A program made the translations under genes and the position numbers. A stretch of 64,000 bases of DNA from the human T2T-CHM13v2.0 reference genome, Homo sapiens. Below the pieces are notes generated by a model, which had not been told where the DNA came from, made no database searches, and saw nothing but the letters and a program-made list of their open reading frames with translations. Positions 12,691-26,000 of the stretch are shown piece after piece; position 1 is the first letter of the stretch; each line of letters opens with the position of its first letter. Where the stretch lies: the NCBI RefSeq assembly GCF_009914755.1, contig NC_060937.1; one strand, given 5' to 3'.

Positions 12691-13360
12691 TGACTTTCTA
12701 ATTTTCAAGAAAATTTAAAATTCTATTGCTGTTGAATAATAAGTATAAATATTACACGATGATTGTCTTGAAAGTTATTCATATTTATAGTATAGCTCTC
12801 TGTATATAACAGAAACTAAATCTGAAACCCTTTAGGAGGAAAAAAAAAGCCAGAGATTTAACAACTAAGATAAGGGTGGTAATGAGGGTGCCTCAGGTTA
12901 TAAAATTTTTAGAAAAATTCAGTGTGACCTAATTCTAGTAATTAGACCTGCATTTTGTGACCAAACCCTTCCTTGAAAACCTGTTTTGGTAACTAGGCCT
13001 ATAATTTATCTGAGTTTAAATTATGTTTTATCCAATACTATAACTCAGTATTACTTTTAATAATTGCAAAGGAGCTTAGCTAAACTGCAACATCTGAGAA
13101 AACAATTTCCAAAGTTTGCACTCATTTCAGACACCACCATCGATTTCAAGGATCCTCAGAAGCATCATCATTTCACAATAGCTAGCTACAAATTCAGGAG
13201 TCTCTATGACTACCCTCAGGTTCAATAATTCACTAGAAACATTCACAAATCCCAGGAAAGTGTTATGTCTGATGATTACAATTTTATTATAGAAGAAGTA
13301 TAAAAATTAGAATCAGTCTAAGGAAAAGATATGCATAAGATGAATTCTGGGAGGTTTCTA

Positions 13361-14125
13361 TTTTTTACTTTTCTTAGAGATGAGGTCTTGCTAATGTTAT
13401 GGGAAAGAGGTCCCAGTCCAGACCCAAGAGAAGCTTCTTAGAACTCATGCAAGAAAGAATTCAAGGCAAATCCATACAGTAAAGTGAAAGAAAGTTTATA
13501 AGAAAGTAAAGGAATGGAAGAATTGCTACTCCATAGGCAGAGCAGCCCCAAGGGCTGCTGGTTGCCCATTTTTATGGTTATTTCTTGATTATATGCTAGA
13601 CAAGGTGTGAATTATTCATGAGTTTCCTGGGAAAGGCATGGACAATTCCAGGAGCTGAAGTTTCGCCTCTTTTTAGACCATATAGTGTAACATCTGGACA
13701 TTGCCATGGCATTTGTAAACTGTTATGATGCTAGCAGGAGTGTCTTCTATGCTAGTGCATTATAATTAGCATATAATGAGCAGTGAGGACTACCAGAGTT
13801 CACTCTCCTCACCATCTTGGTTTTGGTGGGTTTTGGCTGGCTTCTTCACAACCACCTGTTTTATCAGCAAGATCTTTATTATCTGTATCTTGTGCCAACC
13901 TCCTATTTCATCCTGTGACTTAGAATGCCTAACTTACTGAGAAGGCAGCCAAGCAGGTTTCAGCCTTGTTTTACCCAGCCCCTGTTCAAGATGGAGTTGC
14001 TCTTGTTCAAATGCCTCTGACACTGTGTTGCCCAGGGTGGTCTCAAACTCCTGGCCTCAAATAATCCTCCTGCCTCAGCCCTGCAAAAGTGCTGGAATTA
14101 CATGCATAATTCACCACAGCCAGAT
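13361..14125 (-). mobile_element. FLAM_C-like monomer split by MER41B (13361-13394 + 14023-14125)
   Basis: GAGATGAGGTCTTGCTA | CTGTGTTGCCCAGG...CTCCTGGCCTCAA. A perfect 15-bp TSD TCTGGGAGGTTTCTA lies at 13346-13360 and 14128-14142. Confidence 0.85.
13395..14022 (-). mobile_element. MER41B solo LTR (ERV1)
   Basis: The minus strand starts TGTCAGAGGCATTTGAACAAGAGCAACTCCATCTTGAA and ends ...TAACA. It retains the segment that carries tandem GAS motifs in MER41B. Confidence 0.9.
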
Positions 14126-15436
14126 AGTCTGGGAGGTTTCTAAATGTGAAATTTCCATTATCTTCAGGGATGCTTTATTCTACCAAGCATCAATTTTTGG
14201 CAATAATAATAAAGTATAGCCACCGCAAGAAGCTCACTAGAGCTTCAGCTTGAGAGTGCCTATTGAGGCTTCATGAGATAGGCATGACTGATTCATTGCT
14301 TACATAATTGAACTTAATTTTCAGCCCCACTCCTCAGTATGGAGGCCTCATGAGGCCCATGGCCAAACCTTCTACCCCAAGCCTGGCTTTGATGTGACCA
14401 ACCCCTACCACGGAGTCATCTCACTAGCATAAACTATTAAGGGGAACATCATGAACTGTCACCTGTGGCCAGCGATGCACACAATGAATAACAAAGACAC
14501 TGCCATCACTTAAGAAATGCAAAAGGTTTAGAACCTGTCTCTCAGGGGCTGAGACAATGGCCAGACCTCTCTTTGGAAGTTAAATTCCTTAATACAAAAT
14601 GAACCAATCAAGAACCCAAATCGGAATCTGATCTCCAGGTGTTAACTCCTGATATTTGCTGCTGCAGTGAACAGCAATTCCAGCCTTATGCAAGTCTGTC
14701 TACCCAGATCACAGACCTTTGTCCATGCCCAGCTTTTGTGTGATTGTGCTCCATTTTACACTCAGCACAAAATAGAAGATCAACCTTGACTTTTGACAAT
14801 TTAAATGAAAAAGAGAGCTAACTGGCTAGGTAGACAGATAATCCCTTTCGATTTCAGCTAAAAAACAAATACAAAAACAAAAATTGACTTAAAATCCTCC
14901 TAACTGACATTTATAATGGTAAGTTTTTGAAAGTTTTTATAAATATCCAAAATGCTACATTTTCTATCTTTGTTATTATCTCATATTGGGAACATTATCC
15001 CAATGATTTAGAATTTAAAAATTCATCTTCAATTGAGTGACCTTAATTTGACAAACTAACTCATGACTTTTGGCCAGTAGGCTCTTTTGTGTTACGGTAA
15101 GAGCATTATAGACCCCATCCCCTTTTCAACCATTTGAAAGTGAATTGTTTTTAAATATGTATAGTCTTTTCCTATGAACAATGTCTGTACTCACCACAGG
15201 ACTCAGAAATAAACATTTGCAATCACATTGATTACTATTGTTTATAAGGCAGCTGGGTTAAAAATGAAATATATGCTTCATTAAATAAGCCAGGTCAAAA
15301 AAGAATTGGTGTCTACACCAGAGTAAGCAGTTACTCTGACATGTGCACAGTTTTGACTGTCTGTTGTCTTTTTGTACATAGATTCTAGTTCCACAAAGTC
15401 TTAGACAGAGTAATTATATTCACAGTAGATCCTTAC

Positions 15437-15784
<348 letters not shown>

Positions 15785-16050
15785 TAAAAGTTTTAAAAGT
15801 TTTTTAGGTGCTGGCTCATGCAGGTAATTTATTTTGAGAATGTTGATTATATAAATAGTATCCATATAAGAATAAAATGTAAATAAATGTACATACTATG
15901 AAGCTCTGCACTCAAAGACTATGAGCAATGACTTTTTCTTAAATATTCTATCTATAAGGACTTTTTATTATAAAATGTATGTATTACATAAATACATGAA
16001 TATTCAAGAAATTTGAAAGATGAAATATTAAACTTTTAAAAAAATGGTTA

Positions 16051-18224
16051 CTTTCTTTTTTTAAAATTTAAGTTCAGGGCTACATGTGCAGGTTTGATAT
16101 ATAGGTAAACTGCATGTCATGGAGTGTTTGTGTGTTTGATACGGAGTCTCGCTCTGTTGCCCAGGCTGGAGTGCAATGGCAGAATCTTGCCTAACAGCAA
16201 ACTCCGCCTCCTGGGTTCAACTGGTTCTCCTTCTTCAGCCTCCTGAGTAACTGAAATTACAGGCACCCACTGTCATACCTGGCTAATTGTTGTATTTTTG
16301 TAGAGAGGGGGTTTCACCATGTTGGCCAGGCTAGTCTTGAACTCCTGACCTCAGGTGATCCACCTGCCTTGACCTTCAAAAGTACTGGGAGGTGTCATGG
16401 AATTTCGGTGTACAGATAATTTCATCAGTCAGGTGACATAGCACCTAATAGGTATTTTTATCCTCATCTCCCTCCTCCCTTTCTTCACTCTCAAGAAGGC
16501 TCTAGTGTCTGTTTTTCCCCTCCTTTGTGTCTATGTGTTCTCATTATTTATAAATGAGACCATGCATATTTGTTTTTCCATTCCTGGGTTAATTTTCATA
16601 AGATAATGGCCTTCAGCTCCATCCATGTTGCTGCAAAGGACATGATCTTGTTCCTTTTTATGGCTGCAAGGTATTCCGTGGTGTATTTATACCACATTTT
16701 CTTTATTCAGTCTGTCATTGATGGGCATTTAGGTTAATCCCATGTCTTTGCCATTGTGAATAGTGCCGCAATGAACATATGCGTGCATAGGTTTTTATGA
16801 TAGAAAAATTTATATTCCTTTGGGTATATACCAATAATGGGATTGTCGGGTCAAATGGTAATTCTGTTTTAAGTTATTTGAGAAATCACCACACTGCCTT
16901 CCACAATGGCTTAACTCATTTACACTCTCACCAGCAGTGTATAAGTGTTCTCCTTTCTCCACAGTCTTGCCAGCATCTGTTATTTTTTGACGTTTTAATA
17001 ATAGCCATTCTGACTGGTGTTTGATGATGTCTCGTTGTTTGGATTTTCATTTCTGTGATTACTGATGTTAAGCATTTATTGTCATATGTTTGTTGGCCAC
17101 ATGTATGTCTTCTTTTGAAAAGTATCTGTTTATGTCCTTTGCTCACTTTTTAATAGAGTTGCTTGTTATTTTGCTTGTAAATTTGTTTAAGTTCATTATA
17201 GATTCTGGATATTAGAACTTTGTCAGATGCATACTTTGCAAAAATTTTCTCCCATTATATAGGTTGTCTATTTACTCTGTTGATAGTTTATTTTGCTGTG
17301 CAGAAGTTCTTTAATGTAATTAAATCCAATTTGTCATTCTTTTTTTAAAATTTTAATTGCTTTTGGCATCTTCATTATGAAATATTTGCCAAGTTGTTTT
17401 TCCAGAGTGTTATTTCTTAGGTTATCTTCCAGTGTTTTGATAGTTTTTGGTTTTAAATTTAAGTCTTTAATCCATCTTGGTTGACTTTGTATATGGTGTA
17501 AAGAAAGGGTCCAGTTTCAATCTTCTGCGTATGTCTAGGTAGTTATTCCATGACCATTTATTGAATAGGGAGTCCTTTCCCCATTGCTTGCTTTTGTCAG
17601 CTTTGTTAAAGATCAGGTGGTTGTAGGGGTGTGGCATTATTTTTGGGCTTTCAATTCTGTTCCATTGGTCTATGTGTCAGTTTTTGCACCAGTATCATGT
17701 TCTTTTAGTTACTGTAGCCCTGTATTATAGTTTGAAGTCAGGTATCATGATGCCTCCAGCTTTGTTCTTTTCACTCAGGATTGCCTTGGCTATTCAAGCT
17801 CTTTTTTGATTCCATATGAATTGTAAAATAGCTTTTCTTAATTCTGTGAATAATGTTATTGGTAATTTGATTGAAATAGCATTAAATCTGTAAATTTCTC
17901 TGGGAATTATGGCCATTTAAAAGATATTGATTCTTTCTATCCATGAACATCAAATGTTCTTCCATTTACTTGTCTCATATCTGATTTCTTTGAGCAGTGG
18001 TTTATAATACTTTCAATCTCTGGTTAGCTATGTTCCTAGAAATTTTATTCATTTTGTGGCAATTATGAATAGGATTGAGTTCCTGATTTGGCTCTTGGCT
18101 TGGATGTTGTAGGTATATAGAAATGCTACTGATTTTTATATGTTGATTTTGTATCCTGAAAATTTGCTGAAGTTGTTTATGAGATCAAGGAGCTTTTGAA
18201 CAGAGACTGTGGGGGTTTTCTAGA
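16051..18224 (-). mobile_element. L1PA15/16-like LINE-1, non-inverted 3' part
   Basis: 3' UTR TTCAGGGCTACATGTGCAGGTTTG...GGTAAACT, then antisense ORF2 C-terminal sequence ending at GGGGGTTTTCTAGA. Confidence 0.9.
16125..16392 (-). mobile_element. AluSx-like element, 5'-truncated, inserted in the L1 3' UTR
   Basis: The Alu body ends at AAAGTACTGGGA. TGTCATGGA is repeated on both flanks. Confidence 0.9.
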
Positions 18225-19680
18225 AGTTATACCAACCACATCTCAGACCACAGCGCTACAAAAATAAAAGTCAATACTAAGAAAATTCCTCCAAAGCATT
18301 CAATTATATGGAAGTTAAACAATCTGATCCTGAATGAGTTTTGGGTAAATAATTAAATTAAGTCAAAAATAAAGGAATTCTTTGAAGCTAAAGATAACAA
18401 AGATACAACATATCACAATCTCTAGGACACCCCTAAAACAATGTTAAGATGGTCATTTGTAGCACTAAGTGCCCACATCAAAAAGTTATATATATATCTC
18501 AAATTAACAACCTAACATCACAACTAGAACAGCTAGAGAAGCAAGAACAAACCAACCCCAAAGTTAGTATAGAAGACAAGAAATAACCAAAATCAGAGCT
18601 GAACTGAAGAAAATTGAGACACAAAAATCACTCAAGAGATCAGTGAATCCAGGAGTTTGTTCTTTGAAAAAATTAATAAGATAGGCTGCTAGCCAGACTA
18701 ATAAAGAAAAAAGGACAGAGAAGATCCGAATAAGCATAATTAGAGATGACAAAGGGGACATTACCAGTGACCCCAAAGAAATACAAAAAAATTATCAGAG
18801 ACTCCTATGCACACCTCTATGCATACAAACTAGAAAATCTAGAAGAAATGCATAAAATCCTGGACCCAGATAAATTCCCAAAACAGAACCAGAAAGAAAT
18901 TGGATCCCTGAACTTGAGTCAATAATTAGTTCCAAAATTGAATCAGTAATAAAAAGCCTACCAACCAAAAAAGGCCCAGGACTAAATGAATTCCCAGCCA
19001 AATTCTACCAAATGCATAAAATAGAGTAGATACCAGTCCTACTGAAACTATTCCAAAAACTTGAGGAGGAAGGACTTTTCCCTCAATTCATTCTATGAGG
19101 CCAGCATCATCCAAATATCAAAACACAGCAGGCACACAACAAATAAAGAACACTTCAAGTCAATATTCTTGATAAACATAGATGTAAGAATCCTCAAGGA
19201 AATACTAGCAAACTGAATCCAGCATCACATCAAAAAGCTAATCGACTGTAATCAAGTAGGCCTTATCCCTGGGATGCAAGGTTGGTTCAACATACACAAA
19301 TCAGCAAATGTGATTAATCACATAAACAGAAGTAATTCTAAAACCATGTGATTATCTCAATAGATGCAGAAAAGGTTTCAATAAAATTCAGCATCCCTTC
19401 ATGTTGAATTAATGAGGCGTTGAAGAAACATACTCCAAAATAATAAGAGTCATCTATGACAAACCCACAGCCAACTTCATGCTGAACAGACAAAAGCTGG
19501 AAGCATTCCCCTTGGAAACTGGCACAAGACAAGGATGCCCTCCCTTACCACACCTACTCAACATAATATTGGAAATCCTGATCAGAGCAATCAAGTAAAA
19601 GAAATAAAAGGCATCTAAATAGGAAGAGAGGAAGTCACACTATCCCTGTTTGCAGATGACATGATGCTATATCTAGAAAA
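18223..19680 (+). mobile_element. Inverted 5' segment of the same L1 (decayed ORF2, end of endonuclease to RT)
   Basis: Sense ORF2 sequence (CTCAGACCACAG, GGGATGCAAGGTTGGTTCAACATA, ACAAGACAAGGATGCCC). RT motif FADDM at 19649-19663. Multiple stops and frameshifts. Confidence 0.9.
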
Positions 19681-20224
19681 GTTTTAATTTGAGACAGAGG
19701 ATTATGAAATATGAAGCATCTATAGCCTGCATAGAGTTTGAAAATAACAGAAAAAGATGCAGCCTTCTGATCAAATTCAGATGGGAAAGCAAACAGGGAT
19801 TGTTCAAATTAAATTTGCCTGTGAATAACAGAATAGTTCTGGTGGAACCAGCAAGACAAAGTTTGCAAACATAGCCACCAATGTTACTAGTCCATTTACA
19901 TTTTAAGAAATACTTTATGGTGTAAACATTTTTACATATTTGGTCAATCTCCCAAGATGTTAATAAAAGAGAAAACAATACCATTCATTACAAAAATATG
20001 GCAAATGTATTTAAAAAGTCAGTGTTATATTATGAAAGTGAAAATAAGACTTTCAAAAGAAATGAAAATGTTACAATTAGATTGAACTGTCAAAATTGCA
20101 TAATGGCTAACTTTAGATTCATTTAATTTTAAATTATTTGTAGTTTGAAAATAAGACAACATAGAATTATAAGTATTATATTATCAAATCAATGAAGCTA
20201 TTTTTAAAAATCTTAAATATTTGA

Positions 20225-20563
<339 letters not shown>

Positions 20564-21360
20564 ATATTTTATTATTTTCATAAGAATATATTTATCTAAT
20601 TATACAACTTTATATATTTTATTATACAAGTCTTCAGAAAGATATACATCGACATTCTAATTAGTAATTTTTTTCTCAGTATTGCCCATCTGATTCCCTC
20701 AGCCTCCTCCATCATTCCTGAAGAGGTAGATGAGGAGGAAAGAATGTAGAAGTGGTCACCTCTTCTGGGAGACAGATTGAATTTCACTTGCTTCCCACGC
20801 TCTTCTAAATAATCTATAGAGATTTAGTTTTCTAAATCCTCACAGGAAAGATCAATTCATTAAACAAACACTGCTGCTCTCAAAATTACTTCTACTCAAA
20901 AACAAATTTTTTTCTACCCTTATGAACCACATGCTCCCCTTGTCCTATAATACTGGAATTTCTTGAATTTTTCTTTAATAATAAAGCAATGTCATTTTTG
21001 AGCAAGATGGAAGAATAGGAAGTAATCTGCCAGAAGTTTCTCATGAAAACAAGAGTTCTGCAACCATCCACAGACAAAACTGTGGGAGCCATGAACATCA
21101 GGTAGGAGGTTGTGAAACCCCAGTGAAGCCCAAGACCTAGAAAGATCATTTTGAGACTGCAAACCCACACCACCTGTGGCAGGCTCACTGATCGTGTTCT
21201 TAGTTTCAGACCCAGAAAGTGTTCCTTTCCCTGACAGGCAAGGCTACAGATACCTTTAGGCTTTATCCTACTACCAAAACCATCTATCCGGAGGTCTAGG
21301 AGAAATCACTTACACTAGTTTTTTAGAAGACAGGCATGTCTGCACTCTGATATCCATCAC

Positions 21361-22500
21361 CACTATGGACCTAAAAGTTATTTAGTAACTTAGCTCCAGC
21401 CTCCTTCTGCTGTAGTCCCAGCTTAGTGCTCCTTGGACAAGGACCCAGAGGGAGACTCACCCATTTGTGCCACCACTAAAAGACTTGCCAGACTCTGTCT
21501 CACTGCACATCTTGAAGGGGCCCTGTCTCAGCCATAGTCCCTCTTTTCCACAGCCCCAGAGTTATCCTACTTTACAGAAAACTCCTGACATGCTTTCTGA
21601 ACTTTATCCCACAGAGGTTTTTGAAAGGGGCCTGAATCTCAGTTGTAGTCCCTCTAAGCTTTCATCTGTGAGCAATCCTGCTTGCATAGAGAACTCCTAA
21701 CATTCTTACCCAATTGTGTCACCAGGTCAAGCTTGTCAACATCATTTCCACAGCAAATACTGAATTAGCCCTGAAACTCAGTTATAGTCCCTCTCAGCTG
21801 TGGTCTGGGGGCAGTTATTGCCCTGCCAGGTCTCTGTGGGAAGATGTGCTCATCTGAGTCCTTGTGGTAGCCTTGATAATCTCTTTCCTACAGCCAATCC
21901 TTAAACATCCCCGTATCCTGATCCCAGCCCCTCTTGTCTATGGGCACAGAGCAGTTTTGCTTGCCTGGGGACTTGGAAGGAGGCACATCCAACAATACCC
22001 CTACAGGCTGATGCACTGACCTTGGTTCCACTGTGGATCTTGAAGAGCCCTATAGATTGTCTCCAAGTCTTCTCAACTGCCGTCTGAGAGCCAGCCTGTT
22101 CACCCAGAAACCCACCTGGAAATGCATGTATTTGTGAACTGGATACAGGTCTGAAGATCTTGTTCTTGACTGGGGACCTAAAACAACCATGAGTCTTAGA
22201 TCCAGCACATTGCGCCATGGACTAGAGCAGACCAGCCAGCCTAGCAGTCCATCTAGTGATCCCATGGGAACCCTCCCAGAGACCCAGAAGAAGCCACACA
22301 TGTCAGTATACCTGATAACAAATTGGCTGATCTGCGAACCCTAAAGTGTACCCTTATCCTAGTACCAGCCCCATAGAATGAAGTCCTGGAGACAGTCCAG
22401 GGCACTTAGGGACCAGATCAGACTTACAACCCCTGGAAATAGGCCACTAACTGTGGTATCCACTGTAGACCCAGCATCAACCATGTGAACTGACTCCAGC
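21361..22500 (+). repeat. Degenerate ~140-bp tandem monomers in the L1 5' UTR
   Basis: The anchor motif CAC(A/T)G..atc(t)TGAA..gccctg recurs at 21361, 21501, 21610, 21749, 21889, 22029, 22168 and 22461. Confidence 0.7.
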
Positions 22501-23703
22501 CCCATTCAACTACAATCCTAGAGGCAACCCTATCAGCCTGGAGAGCTAACTTTTCAAAATCAATGTTAAGAACTGAGAGTAGAGTTCACTTCTTCAAATG
22601 CACAGTCATCAACACAAGGCTACATGGATAACAAAAAATTGGGCAAACATGACAAAAACCAAAGGCACTAAAAAAGCTCCAGTAACCAACCCCAGGGAAG
22701 TGGAGATATGCAAATTGTCTGAAAAATAATCTAAAATAGTAGCTATTTTAAAGAAATTCAGTGAGATGCAAGGAAATACAGACAGACGACTAAATGAAAT
22801 TAAAAAAATACATGAACAAAAAGAGAAGTTTGGTGAATAAATAGAAAGCATAAACAGAAATCCTGGAGCTGAAGAATACAGTGAAAAAAATAAAAAATCA
22901 ACAGCTTCAATTGAAGAGTTGGCATACAAAAGAAAGAAATAGAAAACTCAAAGATAGGTCATTTTAAAGTAACCAATTAGGAGAATAAAAAAAAAAGATA
23001 TTTAAAAGAGTAAAGAAAGCATAAGGAAACTATGGAATACTACTAGACATACAAATACAAGAATTATGGGAGTACTAGAAGGAGAAGAGACAAAGGGACG
23101 AATAGCTTTTTTAAAAAAAATGATGTCTAAAAATTTCCTAAATCTTTGGGGGCATATGAACATACAGATTTAGGAAGTTCAAAGAATCCCAAACATGATC
23201 AATTCAAAAAAGAATCCTCCTAGGCACGTTGTGATCAAATTGACAAAATTCAGAGACAAAGAATCTTAAAAGTAGCAAGAGAGAAAAAACTTGTTATATA
23301 TAAAGGATCTCTCAAAAGGCTATCAGTGGACTTCCTAACAGAAGCCTTGCAAGCCAGGAAAGAGTGAGATTACATACCCAAAGTTCTAAAACAAATAATT
23401 GCCAGCCAAATAGACTGTGCACAGCAAAAATGTCCTTTAGAAATGAAAGATAAAAACACTCCAGAACAACAACAAAAATGCGAAGGGAATTCATCACCAC
23501 CAGACTTGTCTTACAAGAAATGCTAAAAGAAGTTCCTCAAGCTGAAAGAGAACAACACTAATGATTAACACAAAAACATCTGAAAAGATAAAATTCACAG
23601 CTAAAAGTAAGTACACGGTCAAATTGAGACTACTCTAATACTGTGATAGTGGTGTTTAAATCACTTCTATCTTTAACATGAAGGTTAAAAGACAAAACTA
23701 TTA

Positions 23704-24136
<433 letters not shown>

Positions 24137-24259
24137 TTATGTTTTCTGCTGTATGTATTTTACTTTAGAAAAACCTTACCCAATTATATGAAATAATATA
24201 AATTATATATTAATTTTAGTCTTGAATTGGTTATATTAATTTAAATAACTTTATAATTT

Positions 24260-24800
24260 ATTTGCTTCTTCAATTAGCTAATTTATTAAAATCGACACTT
24301 TATATTATAATAGATTTCATAAATATGAGGCTTTCTGTTCTGTGTATGTATATGTGTTTTGGTATTGATGCCATTCTATTTCAGTTACTGTGGTTCTATT
24401 GTATAATTTTACACAGAAAAGGATCTATATCATCAACTATTCTTTTTCCACAATTATTTTCCTGGATATTCTGTGAAAGTGCTTTTCCAGATGAACTTTA
24501 TCAAAAATATATGACATTTCTCTACCAAATTCTATTTGTCCACAAATGAGAATTAAATTTAATGTGTATATTAATATAGTAAAGACCACCATATTTCCAC
24601 TATTAGGTTTTTTCAGGGTACAATAAAGTGTTTATAATTTTTTACATTTTCTTTATTTTTAATTTATAAAGTTTTGTTTCTAATCACTTTAGTCTTGCAC
24701 TGTTATTTTTACATTTATACCTAAGTACACATTTTCTTCTCTAATATATTGTATCTAGTTATTGTTGGAGTAAACAAAGATAAATTATTGTGTGCATTTG
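24260..24800 (-). mobile_element. L1ME-like ORF2 relic
   Basis: Very degenerate antisense L1 motifs (TTTCAGTTACTGTGG, GAATTAAATTTAATGTGTATATTAAT). Confidence 0.4.
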
Positions 24801-25188
24801 TTCTTTTTCTGGCCCTTTTAGTTGACATTTCCATACATATAGTTTTATATTGTACTCTGGTGGTAAAGTTGAATCTTCCTAAAAAGATTTTTAAGTCTTT
24901 CCAGATAGCTCACATGTTTTTCTTGTGGATATTAAAGTGTTTTGGAAAAACTCAAGCACTTTAATATTTAGGATAATATCAGGATATATTATCATGATTA
25001 TGTCTTTTAAGATATACAGTCCAGAAAGCAGAATAATAGGTTTGTTGAGTAATAAATACTAAAATTTTACGTATTTGTAACTTAGCTTTGATGCCTGTAT
25101 ATGTATGTACTAACTTAAAATACATTTCTGTTTGAAATTGTTCACTAGTTTTCCGTAGGATACATCATGAAAACTAAGCTCTTCCTTA

Positions 25189-25560
25189 TGTGTGGTAAAC
25201 TGTCTCACTATTAGTCTATTCCTATTTGCTTTCTTGCAGTGCCTCTCTCTAAAAATACTTCCCTGGTCCATTAATTACAGAGTTGACCCTGTGACTGGCC
25301 CAATAAAGTATGAGAGGAAATGATATATGGCACTTTAGAATAAAAGCTTTAGGAGTCAATTTCTGTCAACTTCTTTCTTCAAGAACCACCAGCAGTGCCC
25401 CAGATAAAGGCTATTTCATTACCTGGGACCTGAAATTAAGAGAGCTACGTCTGACATACTAGAGATATATGTAACATAAGTGAAAATTTAGTGTTGTGTA
25501 AGCTACAACATCCTAATATTGTTTGTTTTTGCAGCGTAAACTCGCTGATCCTGAGACATC
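25189..25560 (+). mobile_element. MLT1I/J-like MaLR LTR
   Basis: TGTGG start, TGTGACTGGCCCAAT, AAGCTTTAGGAGTCA, and TGTAAGCTAC...TTGTTTGTTTTTGCAGC near the end. Confidence 0.65.
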
Positions 25561-25619
25561 TCATTTTGGTCATGATATGTTACTTAACTACCTCTCCAAC
25601 CACTACAATATATCATCAC

Positions 25620-26000
25620 TAGTACTCTCCACACTCAAACCATACAAAATAATACAACCAGTGAAATCATTTTGAAAGGCAAATTTGATTGTTTTGTACC
25701 TCTAATTAAAATAAGTCCAATGTACAATCAGTCTTAGGTTACAGTATCTCTCATGGCATATTCTTCACTAATCTTTTACCACTTTCCCCCAGGTTCTTCT
25801 GTTCCAAGAAAAATGGTCTTCTTACTTCCTTGATGGCTCACAACATGCTCCTTTCTACTGCAGGAACACTGTATAACTTCTGTCAAGCATGAACTCCCCA
25901 CCTCTGTTTGACATACTTCTCTACTTTCAGAACTCAGCTGAACTATCGCTTCTCAAGGGAGCACTCAAACTTCCTGAACAGAGTAAGAGATTTGTCTCTT
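25620..26000 (+). mobile_element. L2 fragment
   Basis: CCAGTGAAATCATTTTGAAAGGCAAATTTGAT and TTCAGAACTCAGCTGAA resemble L2 3' sequence. Confidence 0.5.

Larger units (their letters stand above)
13110..14597 (-). mobile_element. MER21-family LTR, interrupted by a FLAM and a MER41B
   Basis: ACCCTCAGGTTCAATAATTCACTAGAA on the left; ATGAATAACAAAGACACT and GGCCAGACCTCTCTTTGG on the right. The left boundary and orientation are approximate. Confidence 0.7.

Noticed and set aside
18223-19680. L1 ORF2 reverse transcriptase as a functional CDS
   Set aside because: Many stops and frameshifts, and the element is broken by an inversion right after FADD.
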